From a bacterium (GTDB taxonomy: Bacteria; Zhuqueibacterota; Zhuqueibacteria; Oceanimicrobiales; Oceanimicrobiaceae), in the NCBI GenBank assembly GCA_046758365.1, contig JBHIAC010000005.1, positions 1 through 64,000 of the forward strand: a DNA stretch of 64,000 nucleotides. Direction: 5' to 3'. The notes beneath the pieces are model-generated. The model was not told where the DNA came from. It did not search any database and saw nothing but the letters and a program-made list of their open reading frames with translations. The first letter of the stretch is position 1. Each line of letters begins with the position of its first letter. This document shows positions 21,485 to 31,443 of the stretch, piece after piece. The position numbers were made by a program, and so were the translations under genes.

Positions 21485-22580
21485 GGAAATAAAGGCTAAT
21501 GAAAACCGAGTCGCCCTCATTCCTGTTGGCGTTGAAATATTAAAGTCAAATGGACACACGGTGTTAGTTGAAAAAGGAGCTGGAATCGGAAGTGGTTTTA
21601 CTGATGAAGATTATAATAGGGCAGGAGGGGAACTTATTTCTGAGCCTTCTGAAATATATAAAAATGCTGATATGATTATTAAAGTCAAGGAGCCACTTCC
21701 TCAAGAATATAATTTTATAAGGGAAGAACAAATAGTTTTTACCTATTTCCACTTTGCCGCCTCGCAGGAATTAACGAATGCCATAATCGATACAAAATGT
21801 ATTGCCATAGCTTATGAAACGGTCCAAAATGAAGCAGGAAACCTACCTCTTTTAGTGCCGATGAGTGAAGTAGCTGGTAGAATGGCAATTCAGGAGGGAG
21901 CGCGCTACCTGGAAAAGTTAAACGGTGGAAAGGGGATATTATTAGGGGGTGTACCAGGAGTTGAACCTGCAAGTGTCGTTATTTTAGGCGGAGGAATTGT
22001 AGGAACCAACGCTGCAAAAATTGCAGCGGGTTTAGGCGCCAAGGTATCCATTTTGGATATTAATTTAGAACGTCTGCGCTACTTAGAAGATGTCATGCCT
22101 AAAAATGTAGTAACTATTATGTCAAATCCTGCTAATATTCGCAGAGCGATCTCAGAAGCAGACCTTTTGATTGGTGCGGTGTTAATTCCTGGGTCTAAGG
22201 CTCCTAAACTCATAACTCGAGAAATGTTAAAATTAATGAAAAAAGGTTCAGTCATTGTTGATGTGGCCGTTGATCAAGGTGGATGTGTAGAAACAAGTAA
22301 GCCAACCACCCATGAGAACCCAATTTATGAAATTGATGGCGTGGTTCATTATGGTGTGGCAAATATGCCCGGAGGCGTACCCATGACTTCAACAATCGCT
22401 TTAACAAATGCTACGCTGCCTTATGCAATTGAAATCGCTAATCATGGATTTCCCGAAGTAGCAAAAATAAATTCGGAAATTGCAAAAGGTGTAAATATTA
22501 TATATGGTAAGGTGACCCACAATGGTGTCGCTGAAGCTTTTGGTTTAGATTATACCCCCCTAGAAAATGTCATAAACTAA
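21465..22580 (+). CDS. ald: alanine dehydrogenase
   Basis: MKVGVPKEIK, ENRVAL, KVKEP, PMSEVAGR, DVAVDQGG, VANMPG; ATG 21465 after GGGAGG. Confidence 0.96.
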   Translation: MKVGVPKEIKANENRVALIPVGVEILKSNGHTVLVEKGAGIGSGFTDEDYNRAGGELISEPSEIYKNADMIIKVKEPLPQEYNFIREEQIVFTYFHFAASQELTNAIIDTKCIAIAYETVQNEAGNLPLLVPMSEVAGRMAIQEGARYLEKLNGGKGILLGGVPGVEPASVVILGGGIVGTNAAKIAAGLGAKVSILDINLERLRYLEDVMPKNVVTIMSNPANIRRAISEADLLIGAVLIPGSKAPKLITREMLKLMKKGSVIVDVAVDQGGCVETSKPTTHENPIYEIDGVVHYGVANMPGGVPMTSTIALTNATLPYAIEIANHGFPEVAKINSEIAKGVNIIYGKVTHNGVAEAFGLDYTPLENVIN

Positions 22581-22592
22581 ATATGAAATGGC

Positions 22593-23366
22593 ATGTTCGT
22601 TCCCATTCTTACCTATCACATGGTTCAACCTCGATTTGACTTAGGCATTACTCATGTAACACCTAAGCGATTTGAACAACAGATAAAATATTTATTTGAT
22701 TCTGGTTATAAAACAATTTCACTCAATGATTATATTGATCAAAATTATGATAATAATAATAAAACTATAATAATCACTTTTGATGATGCATATTCATCAG
22801 TTTATGAATATGCATTTCCAATTTTAAAAAAATATAATTTTATAGCGACCATATTTGTAATAACAAGTTATGTTGGTAATTGGAATATATGGGATTATAA
22901 TTTTTTAAGATGTAAATTTTTGCACTGCACTTGGGAGCAGCTAAGAAATTTAATTTCAGCAGGGTGGGAGATAGGTTCCCATACAGCCACTCATCGTAAT
23001 CTAAAAGCTTTATCAGATAGTGAAATTTGGCATGAAGTAAATAATTCTAAAGGATTAATAGAGAATCAAATACAAAGAAATATTAATATAATTTCTTATC
23101 CATTTGGAAAATACAATCAAAGAATTTTAGAATTTGTAAAAGAGGCTGGATATGAAGGCGGGTGTACATTGGGTCAAAACTACCCTGAAAATCAAGAATT
23201 CCCTTATGCGTTATTTAGGCGTGGGGTGTATTCATTGGAGCCATTTTCACTCTTTAAAGCTAAACTTGAAAATAATATATGGTCTCACTACGATGACATT
23301 AAACAAAAATTAATTGCTTTTTGCTCACAAGGTTCCATATTAATTCGATATATTAAAACAGTGTAA
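22593..23366 (+). CDS. polysaccharide deacetylase family protein
   Basis: PILTYH, ITFDDA, EIGSHTATH, SYPFG. Confidence 0.9.
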   Translation: MFVPILTYHMVQPRFDLGITHVTPKRFEQQIKYLFDSGYKTISLNDYIDQNYDNNNKTIIITFDDAYSSVYEYAFPILKKYNFIATIFVITSYVGNWNIWDYNFLRCKFLHCTWEQLRNLISAGWEIGSHTATHRNLKALSDSEIWHEVNNSKGLIENQIQRNINIISYPFGKYNQRILEFVKEAGYEGGCTLGQNYPENQEFPYALFRRGVYSLEPFSLFKAKLENNIWSHYDDIKQKLIAFCSQGSILIRYIKTV

Positions 23367-23461
23367 ATCCCGATAATGTTAAAAATAACTTGATTTATAA
23401 TTTAATTTTTTATATTTTTGCTTAGTAGTTTTTGCTAACTCTTGGCAAACTTATTAATCTC

Positions 23462-23827
23462 ATGAAAGATTTGTCCATAAAAAAGTTGTATTATTCGATT
23501 AGCGAAGTTAGCAAAATTACTTCTTTAAAGCCTTATGTTTTGAGATACTGGGAGAGTGAATTTCCGGAACTGCAACCTTCCAAAAATAGGGCAGGTAATC
23601 GTATATATAGAATTAATGATATTAAGTTAATTTTTTTAATTAAAAAGTTACTTTATTTGGAAAAATATACAATCGAAGGAGCACGACAAAAACTAAAAGC
23701 GTTAAAGAATAAAGAAAATAATCAGCTTGATTTATCATTTGAAGATATTAAAAGAGAAAATTTGCTCCATGAATTTAAACAAAACTTAAAGGAAATAATT
23801 GCTATATTAGAAGATCACCAAGATTAA
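23462..23827 (+). CDS. MerR family transcriptional regulator
   Basis: YYSISEVS, VLRYWESEF, YTIEGAR; directly precedes tRNA-Pro(GGG); ATG 23462. Confidence 0.9.
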   Translation: MKDLSIKKLYYSISEVSKITSLKPYVLRYWESEFPELQPSKNRAGNRIYRINDIKLIFLIKKLLYLEKYTIEGARQKLKALKNKENNQLDLSFEDIKRENLLHEFKQNLKEIIAILEDHQD

Positions 23828-23829
23828 AA

Positions 23830-23905
<76 letters not shown>

Positions 23906-23918
23906 TAAATCTTTTAGT

Positions 23919-23950
23919 AAAAAAGGGTAGAGTTCTTCTACTCTTTTTTT
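23919..23950 (+). terminator. putative intrinsic terminator
   Basis: AAAAAAGGGTAGA-gttct-TCTACTCTTTTTTT hairpin after the tRNA. Confidence 0.65.
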
Positions 23951-23958
23951 ATATATTA

Positions 23959-24639
23959 ATGGAAATTAGCAAAATCTGTGCGGTAATTCCCGCTTATAAT
24001 GCCTCTAAATCTTTAAAAAAAGTAGTAGAAGATTTAAGGCAATATATTCCACATTTAAGCATAATTGTAGTTGACGATGGTTCAACTGATTCAACAAAAT
24101 ATATTGCAAGAAAGCTTAATGTGTTATGTGTAGAACATAATAAAAATTTTGGAAAAGGTGCAGCATTACGATCTGGTTTCAAAACCGCGCTTTCATTGGA
24201 AGCTCATTTAATAATTACGATCGATGCCGATGCACAACACAATCCTAAAGATATAAAAAAGCTCTTATCAAAATTAAAAGAAGAAAAATTGGATTTAATA
24301 ATTGGTTCTCGGATGTCAAATATAGTTAAAATGCCATTTCATAGGATTTGTAGTAACAAAATCACCTCTAAACTAATTTCGTGGCGATTAGGTCAAAAAA
24401 TTGAAGATAGTCAATGCGGATTTCGTGTAATTCGAGCAGATGTATTAAAGAAGATCGATTTGAAGTCGAATAGATTTGAAATAGAATCAGAACTCTTAAT
24501 TAAATCAGCTCTACAAGGATTTAAAATTGGTTCAACAACTATTGAAACAATCTATCCAAAGAATCGCACAAGTGCTATGCATTTAATAGCAGATACTCTT
24601 CGTTTTATTGGACTCTATATTAGGAGTTTTTTTTGGTAA
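23959..24639 (+). CDS. GT2 glycosyltransferase (DPM1-like)
   Basis: VIPAYN, VVDDGSTD, GKGAAL, IDADAQH, DSQCGFR. Confidence 0.92.
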   Translation: MEISKICAVIPAYNASKSLKKVVEDLRQYIPHLSIIVVDDGSTDSTKYIARKLNVLCVEHNKNFGKGAALRSGFKTALSLEAHLIITIDADAQHNPKDIKKLLSKLKEEKLDLIIGSRMSNIVKMPFHRICSNKITSKLISWRLGQKIEDSQCGFRVIRADVLKKIDLKSNRFEIESELLIKSALQGFKIGSTTIETIYPKNRTSAMHLIADTLRFIGLYIRSFFW

Positions 24640-24670
24640 ATTAAGATGAATATTTACAAAGAAGGCAACG

Positions 24671-25318
24671 ATGGAAATTGCATCAGAGACGGCTAATCAG
24701 CAAGTAACTCTAAAAATTAAAAAAAAGAATTTTGTAAGAAGGTTATATGATTGGGTTTTACATTGGGCTGAGACGCCTTATGGTTCATGGGCATTATTTA
24801 TTTTGGCCTTTGCTGAATCATCATTTTTTCCAGTTCCACCAGATGTTTTGCTGATTGCCTTAGCGATTTCTGTTCGAGACAAGGCATTTAAATTTGCTTT
24901 AATTTGTTCAATTGCCTCGTTATTAGGTGGAATAATAGGTTATATTATTGGATTTGGATTTTGGAATATTGCAAGCAATTATTTCTATACTTATGTACCG
25001 GGATTTTCACATGAGGCATTTAATGCCGTGAAAGGGCTCTATCAAAGGTGGGACTTTTTTATAATTTTTACCGCTGGATTTACATTTATTCCATATAAAA
25101 TTTTCACGATTTCAAGTGGTGTATTTGAAATTAATTTTTTAGGATTTATAATTGCATCAGCTTTTGGAAGATCAGCACGTTTTTTTTTAGTTGGTGGGTT
25201 AATCTGGAAATTTGGAGCACCCATTAAAAACTTTATTGATAAATATTTTAATACACTTGCAACGATTTTCGTCATATTACTTATCGGTGGTTTTTTATTA
25301 ATTAAATATCTTTTTTAA
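24671..25318 (+). CDS. YqaA/DedA (SNARE-associated) family membrane protein
   Basis: AFAESSFFPVPPDVLL, IPYKIFTI, GRSARFF. Confidence 0.9.
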   Translation: MEIASETANQQVTLKIKKKNFVRRLYDWVLHWAETPYGSWALFILAFAESSFFPVPPDVLLIALAISVRDKAFKFALICSIASLLGGIIGYIIGFGFWNIASNYFYTYVPGFSHEAFNAVKGLYQRWDFFIIFTAGFTFIPYKIFTISSGVFEINFLGFIIASAFGRSARFFLVGGLIWKFGAPIKNFIDKYFNTLATIFVILLIGGFLLIKYLF

Positions 25319-25322
25319 AATT

Positions 25323-25397
25323 CGGGGCGTAGCGCAGCCCGGTCAGCGCGCCACATTCGGGATGTGGAGGTCCCCGGTTCAAATCCGGGCGCCCCGA
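25323..25397 (+). tRNA. tRNA-Pro(CGG)
   Basis: Acceptor CGGGGCG/CGCCCCG; anticodon arm CCACA-TTCGGGA-TGTGG; T-loop GGTTCAAATCC. Confidence 0.95.
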
Positions 25398-25534
25398 CAA
25401 CTCTTTTTTAAAAAATACAAAGCGGACAGAATTAAATCAAGAAGAAATACGGCGGTAGGGAAGAAGAGAAAAAATTTGTGAAAATTATTAAAATAGTATT
25501 GAAGTTTACATAATATATCTTATATACATAGTTA

Positions 25535-26911
25535 TCAATCCTTAATTTTTTGTAGAATTGATTTCGCCTCCATTTTAAGCGGACTATTTAATGGAGTTCG
25601 AAGAATCTCTTGTAAATGATTTTTTGCTAACTCTAATTCTCCGTTTCGCATTAGAGCTACTGCTAAATGATATTTTGCAAATAAATTATTGGAATTATTC
25701 TTAAGTGCTTGCTCTAAATGTAATATAGCATCACTAAAATTTTGTTGCTTAATTAAAATTTTTCCCCAAAGTGTATTTGTAATACTGTCATTCTTACCTA
25801 GTTCTTTTGCCTTTTTTAAACACTCTATAACATCATTGTCTTTTTCTTGAAAATTAAAGGCTAGGGCTAATTCTTTATAATACAATGGCTTACTCTGATT
25901 TATATTTATTGCAGCTTGAAAAGCTTCAACAGCCTCCAAAATATTTCCGGCTCTTAAATAGGCTTCACCTAATGAAAACCACACAAAATCATCATTAGGT
26001 TTATTTTTTAAATAACTTTTATAAAGCATAATAGCTTTATCATAATCTGTGAACAAAAATGCTCGATACCCTTCTTGGTAGAATTTTTCGACATTTTTGA
26101 CATCTCGATTAGTTGTAATTTGAACCTTTCCCTCTAAAGGGGTCAAAATCATGGCTCGTTTAGCATGATTTGCTAATTGACCTTTTGTATCATATTCGAT
26201 AACATTTTTAAAATATTGATTTGCCTTTTCAACTTCTCCTTTAAGGGAATAGATTTTACCCAAACCAAAATGTGCCCTAATCTCTTTAGGAGATAATTCT
26301 AATGTCTTTTGAAACATTTTTATGCCTTCGTCATATCTTTTCAATATACTATAAACCGCACCAAGATTTAGATAAGTTAAGGCATGATTAGGATAAAATC
26401 TAATGCTTTCCTTTAAAAATTCCTCTGAGTCTAGGTATTTTCTTATTTTTAAATATACAGTTCCAAGAATTAAATAAGCCTTGTAATAAATCGGGCATAA
26501 ATTTATGGATTTCTTTAAATTTTCTATAGATTCCTTATAGTTTTTAAGTTCGTAAAAAGCAATTCCTAAATTAAAATAATAGTCAGGATCATTTGAATTT
26601 ACCGAGATAGCTTTAACCCATTTATTAATGGCTTCATTATAATTTTTATGCCTAGCTTGAGATAATGCTTCCTTGTGTAAAAATTCTGCCCGAGAATCGA
26701 CTTTTAGTGACAGCCACTTTAGTTTAACCTCTAACTTGTTTTGCTCAATTTCTAGTTTGCCGCTACCATCACCGTATCTTTGACGAAAAAAGTTAGTAAT
26801 AAACGCTTCTCGTTCTACATCACTCGTAAAATTAGTTAGTTTCCCATCTATGGCATCAAACTTATTTAAATTAATTGTTACTGAGAAACATTTTTGTTGA
26901 TTTGAATTCAC
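25535..26911 (-). CDS. tetratricopeptide repeat protein
   Basis: Repeated TPR units (YYFNLGIAFY, YLNLGAVY, HFGLGKIY, WFSLGEAY); short non-TPR N terminus; GTG start. Confidence 0.85.
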   Translation of the reverse strand: MNSNQQKCFSVTINLNKFDAIDGKLTNFTSDVEREAFITNFFRQRYGDGSGKLEIEQNKLEVKLKWLSLKVDSRAEFLHKEALSQARHKNYNEAINKWVKAISVNSNDPDYYFNLGIAFYELKNYKESIENLKKSINLCPIYYKAYLILGTVYLKIRKYLDSEEFLKESIRFYPNHALTYLNLGAVYSILKRYDEGIKMFQKTLELSPKEIRAHFGLGKIYSLKGEVEKANQYFKNVIEYDTKGQLANHAKRAMILTPLEGKVQITTNRDVKNVEKFYQEGYRAFLFTDYDKAIMLYKSYLKNKPNDDFVWFSLGEAYLRAGNILEAVEAFQAAININQSKPLYYKELALAFNFQEKDNDVIECLKKAKELGKNDSITNTLWGKILIKQQNFSDAILHLEQALKNNSNNLFAKYHLAVALMRNGELELAKNHLQEILRTPLNSPLKMEAKSILQKIKD

Positions 26912-27282
26912 TGATTATTTTTCGTTTATACAGAATTTTAGAATTTTTGTTATATGCCCTATTTCAAATGATTTATTAATTTTAATAAAAATCTTAGACA
27001 AAATCAAGATATTTTAAATTTGTCGTATATAAATTGATAAATCATCTGGATTTATGGCAATCCTTTATCGACGTTACATTGTTTAATCTTTAACAATATA
27101 TCTATTTTTTGGAAAACTAATCACCAAAATATTCACAGAGAGATTTTATAACAAACTTAAAAATAAAATAACGCATAATTTATACACGATTAAATAATAA
27201 AATTGATAATTGAAGCATCAGGGTTTTTTATAAAGGAATAATTATGGAGTGCAATATAAAGAATTGAATGAAATGCAATTTT

Positions 27283-28554
27283 TTACAAAACGGTCTGATG
27301 GCTAAAATAGAGCTGTTTAGGATTATTGTATAAGAGCCAGCGACCAATTTGCTCTGCATGTCGTTCGTTATAAAAACCATTGGCTACAAATTCAGCTAAT
27401 ACCTGCGCCAATTGCGAGCGCATGTGATATGCTTTGGCATAATTCCACTCAATGGTATAAGCATCGGAGAAGAATGCACAGGCTTTGTTGGCGGGAAGTC
27501 CTTCAAGCCTTTCGCGCCACAATTTGCGAAGTGTACTTGGTTGAAAATTATACCACCAAGCTCCGGAGACGTACACGTTTGGATTCATCTTTCCAGCCAC
27601 CCACACTTCTTGAGATTGGGCTAAATTGGCTAATAATAAGTCGAATTTAACTTGTGGGTACTGTAAGAAAATCGGGTAAAAATCACGAACCAAATTTTGT
27701 CGATGAATTGGTACTCGCTTTCCAGATGTTGTGGCGCCAATCCCGATGAAGAGCTGCAATGGTAATTTGAAATCTGCACAGGCTTCTAATGCACGATGTA
27801 GGAAGTAGCCATTAAGACGTAATCCTGCGTCAACCGCTCCTGCTTGACCAGTTAATATAACCTCCAGTGCAGCGTTCACTTCTCTTGTCGATAAATCTTC
27901 AAGACGATAATCAATTTCATAAGATGTTGCAAGTGCAACTACACCATTTGATTGCCAATGTTCGACAAGTTTGAATATGGCGGTATTCAAGTTTTTTGCA
28001 GTACTGATTTGAATGTTGCTTAACGATTCTAGAGTTTTAATCATTGACGAATTTACTGGCCCATCAAGTAGTGTATCAAGTCGAACAGTAGCCCGCAGTA
28101 GTGATTGATCGAATGGTTTCCAAGTATGGTTCCAGTTAAAGGTGAGAAATGCAAATTCGATATTGGATTTACTGAGTACCCGTGATGGCCAATCAGGTTC
28201 TGAGCACTTAATATCAACTTGTGCAGCTAAATTTTGCCAATTTTTAAGAGTAAGTGGTTCATCAAATTCAAATAAATCTCGCGCAATTATTGTAAACATC
28301 CAATAGGTTGAGGTGTTTTGTATATATGGAATAAAGGGCATAGCCGCCGCCAACCTCTCTTTAGCGGGTTGGTCAGATGAAATAGCTTCCGAACTAGCTC
28401 CAGCCGCTTTTAATTCGTCAACGATGTAATGGTAAAAAAATAAACGTGCTAGATTGTTAGACGATAACTCACTTGGAGAAAGATGTGTGTGAATATCAAT
28501 TAAGGGCGTTTCTACAAGCGTTTCAAATAATCGATTTTGCAGCTTTGTTAGCAT
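27283..28554 (-). CDS. uxaC: uronate isomerase-like amidohydrolase-superfamily protein
   Basis: IDIHTHL metal motif, YHY, GAWWY, FFSDA, LY.NP; ATG 28554 after GGAGG. Confidence 0.7.
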   Translation of the reverse strand: MLTKLQNRLFETLVETPLIDIHTHLSPSELSSNNLARLFFYHYIVDELKAAGASSEAISSDQPAKERLAAAMPFIPYIQNTSTYWMFTIIARDLFEFDEPLTLKNWQNLAAQVDIKCSEPDWPSRVLSKSNIEFAFLTFNWNHTWKPFDQSLLRATVRLDTLLDGPVNSSMIKTLESLSNIQISTAKNLNTAIFKLVEHWQSNGVVALATSYEIDYRLEDLSTREVNAALEVILTGQAGAVDAGLRLNGYFLHRALEACADFKLPLQLFIGIGATTSGKRVPIHRQNLVRDFYPIFLQYPQVKFDLLLANLAQSQEVWVAGKMNPNVYVSGAWWYNFQPSTLRKLWRERLEGLPANKACAFFSDAYTIEWNYAKAYHMRSQLAQVLAEFVANGFYNERHAEQIGRWLLYNNPKQLYFSHQTVL

Positions 28555-28583
28555 AATAACCTCCACTTGTAACTGTTTTTTTG

Positions 28584-29603
28584 CTAATTTTTTTCTTCTT
28601 CAATCGTTACCCCTTCATCAATCACGGGACGATAACAAGCAATGGCGCCAGCATTAAGTAATGCTTGTTCAAGTGTTCCTTTGTCCTCATAGGGCCAAAG
28701 TGCAATGATAGTCCCTCCTTCCCCAGCGCCAGCTAGTTTGGCACCCAAGGCACCAACTTCAAGTGCGGCTGAAATCAATTGTTCATTTGATTCCCCTGAA
28801 CCACCTAAATTACGTTGAATTGCGTGGTTTTCATTCATTAATTGTCCTAAGAAAGACCAGTCATAGTTAAGTAGTGCTTTTTTACCTAATTGCGCAATTT
28901 CGGTAATCCTCTCATAGCTCTGCACAACCTCACGATCTCCCTCGAGCCAACGATCACGTAAGGGTTTGTGAACGGAACCTGATACTCGTTGTACACCAGT
29001 CAAAGCGAACAGAAATGGTAAATCATGATATTTGCTCATATATAAGCCAAGCGGTTCAATAGTAGCAAAGAGTTCGGTTTTGGCTTCACGGTTGAATTGC
29101 TTGCCTCGGAAGTCCATATAATTCAACCCGCCAAAGACGCACATATAAGCATCCTGGTAACCACAGACTACTTTAAGATGATTGAGTTCAATGTAACGGG
29201 CCATCTCAGCTAATTGGTAACGGCTGGGGTATTTATTTTGCCAGGTCAGCAGCCCTTGCAGCAATGCAACCAACAAAGCAGTTGAACCTGAAAGCCCGCT
29301 CTGCATAGGAATTGTACTTTCGTACTCTACAGAACAAGACACGTCGGGTAATCCCATATACCCCAGAATTGCTCGTGCTATGTCGAAGTGGTCTCCTTGG
29401 AGTTGTAAATCTTTGGATTTTTGAATTTGGCATTCCTCATGGCTTGTGACAAATTTGAGGACTGAATGTGGAGTAATCGTTACTTTAGCCCGCATGCCAA
29501 CTGAACAGGAAATCACGGCGCCACCATACATGTCCGATGGGTTGCCAATAATACCAGCACGGCCGGGAGCTGAACAAATGATTTTTCTTTGGTTATAATT
29601 CAT
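28584..29603 (-). CDS. GHMP kinase, glucuronokinase-like
   Basis: GNPSD.Y, IPMQSGLSGS (GHMP ATP loop), G.QD, GGL.YMDF, SG.VH..R.RWL.GD, KLAGAG. Confidence 0.8.
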   Translation of the reverse strand: MNYNQRKIICSAPGRAGIIGNPSDMYGGAVISCSVGMRAKVTITPHSVLKFVTSHEECQIQKSKDLQLQGDHFDIARAILGYMGLPDVSCSVEYESTIPMQSGLSGSTALLVALLQGLLTWQNKYPSRYQLAEMARYIELNHLKVVCGYQDAYMCVFGGLNYMDFRGKQFNREAKTELFATIEPLGLYMSKYHDLPFLFALTGVQRVSGSVHKPLRDRWLEGDREVVQSYERITEIAQLGKKALLNYDWSFLGQLMNENHAIQRNLGGSGESNEQLISAALEVGALGAKLAGAGEGGTIIALWPYEDKGTLEQALLNAGAIACYRPVIDEGVTIEEEKN

Positions 29604-30495
29604 GGGCTTTTTGTTTAATGTAATTTCTCATTAGATGACCAAGATCTTCGTCAGCTATACAGAAATCTACAAAAGTTTTAAAGTAACTTTCAAAGTTGCC
29701 AATATCATATCGGCGTTCTCCTAATTTTAATGGCCAAGCATAAACTGGTAAACCCATCTGAATCATCTTTTTAATAGCATCTGTCAACTGAATCTCGCCA
29801 TGTTTGTCTGGTGGAGTCTTTGACAAGGCTTCAAATAAATCAGGATTGAAAATATAACGGGCAGCAACTGCAAGTGTACTTGGTGCGGTTGCTGGCGTGG
29901 GCTTTTCGATGATATCGACCATAGCGGTAGGCTGACCTGGGGGTGATTCAGCCCCTTTCAAGCTTACAATACCGTAGTGATGGGTTTCTTTTTTGGGCAC
30001 TTTTTCAACCGCCACAATAGCTGCAGCATTCAAATTTTTATGAACTTCAATCATAGAACGCAAAACAGAAGCGGGATCTGATGCGCAAATAAGGGAATCA
30101 CCCAAGGCCACAGCAAAATCCTCATCATCTGCAAATTCAGCCCCCAAGGAGATGGCGTGACCTAAACCCTTTTGCACACTCTGTCGAGTGTAAAAAAAGC
30201 ATACCTTTTCTTCAGCATAGTCTAATTCAGCTAAGTCATCTGCTTCGCCTGATTTTTTGAGCGCCGAAATCAGGTCTGGGTCTTGGTCAAAATGATCTTC
30301 GATAGCTCGTTTGCGGCGCCCGGTGATGATCAAAATTTGTTTAAGTTCAGCTTTTTGCAGCTCTTCAATCACATATTGCAAGATCGGCTTCCGCCCAACT
30401 GGCAACATCTCTTTGGGTTGCGATTTCGTCGCAGGCAAGAGCCTTGTTCCAAGGCCAGCCGCCGGCACAATAGCTTTGCTTATTGTTTTAGTCAT
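29593..30495 (-). CDS. galU: UTP--sugar-1-phosphate uridylyltransferase (GalU-like)
   Basis: AAGLGTRLLPATK.QPKEMLP, GLGHAI, IEKP, GEIQLTDAI, RYDIG. Confidence 0.85.
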   Translation of the reverse strand: MTKTISKAIVPAAGLGTRLLPATKSQPKEMLPVGRKPILQYVIEELQKAELKQILIITGRRKRAIEDHFDQDPDLISALKKSGEADDLAELDYAEEKVCFFYTRQSVQKGLGHAISLGAEFADDEDFAVALGDSLICASDPASVLRSMIEVHKNLNAAAIVAVEKVPKKETHHYGIVSLKGAESPPGQPTAMVDIIEKPTPATAPSTLAVAARYIFNPDLFEALSKTPPDKHGEIQLTDAIKKMIQMGLPVYAWPLKLGERRYDIGNFESYFKTFVDFCIADEDLGHLMRNYIKQKAHEL

Positions 30496-30543
30496 AATTA
30501 ATCGATAGACTTTTTGTGGTTAATTTCAATTCTTGCTAAAAAT

Positions 30544-31434
30544 TCAGTTAAACCATGGTGGTGTGGCTGGTAATAGCTTTTGAAACTCCTCAATTAATTT
30601 ATCTTCATAGGAACCGGCGTATTTTACCGAGATAAATTTTTCGAGAACTTCTTTATAAAAGCGCTCCCAAGATTGCTCTTCTTGTCCTGGATTTATAGGG
30701 TAAAATAAAGCATAATTCGCCTTGGCGGCTTTCAGGTCTCCAGGGGCATCTCCGACAACAAGTACATGATTTTTTTCATATCTTCCAGCCGACGCAAGTT
30801 GAATGAGTTCTTTTTTACTGCCTATCTCCTGCCCTGCTATAACAGCGGTGTAATTTGCAATATCATGCTCCTCCCACTCTCGTTGCAATGCTTCGGTAGG
30901 CGTGGCTGAAATCACAATGATATCTGCAACTATGTGCAATCTTTCTAAGCTTTTCTTAACAAAGGGAAAGGGTGGTACGCCAACCACCATTTCCGCAATG
31001 TCATGATTAACAGCTTCACTCCATTTTAAAACTTGTTGTAATGTTTCGTCATTATTCTTTTCAAGATATGTTTTTAAGGCTGAATTACTTAAGGATGTAC
31101 TTGAATTAATATAAGTATTTAAACTCGAAACTACTGGTATTGGCACTTTTCGCTTTTTTACTTCCGGTCTTTCCCTAAGTAAATCAAATACCATCACTAA
31201 AGCGGGAAAGCGATTAATGCCCCGCCATTTCGAATAAAGATTAACAAATTCTGCCGCTTCGCGAGCATATTTCGATACTGATTGCAGTCCCCAATATTTA
31301 ATGATGTTAGGGATGAAGCATTCTTTATGCTTTAACTCCATGGTATCAAAAACACAACCGTCGGAATCAATACCGATTAAAAACGAATGTTTTGGCTTAA
31401 AATTCTTTAATGGGGCTTGTTGGGCACTACTCAT
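30544..31434 (-). CDS. HAD-superfamily hydrolase
   Basis: Motif I IDSDGCVFD, motif II ISAT, conserved Lys, motif IV GDAPGD. Confidence 0.85.
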   Translation of the reverse strand: MSSAQQAPLKNFKPKHSFLIGIDSDGCVFDTMELKHKECFIPNIIKYWGLQSVSKYAREAAEFVNLYSKWRGINRFPALVMVFDLLRERPEVKKRKVPIPVVSSLNTYINSSTSLSNSALKTYLEKNNDETLQQVLKWSEAVNHDIAEMVVGVPPFPFVKKSLERLHIVADIIVISATPTEALQREWEEHDIANYTAVIAGQEIGSKKELIQLASAGRYEKNHVLVVGDAPGDLKAAKANYALFYPINPGQEEQSWERFYKEVLEKFISVKYAGSYEDKLIEEFQKLLPATPPWFN

Positions 31435-31443
31435 GATAATTAA

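Noticed and set aside
25323..27282. tRNA-Pro(CGG) as an integration site for the downstream island
   Set aside because: No integrase, and I found no duplicated tRNA 3' end in the window; the other tRNA-Pro is a complete gene with a different anticodon.
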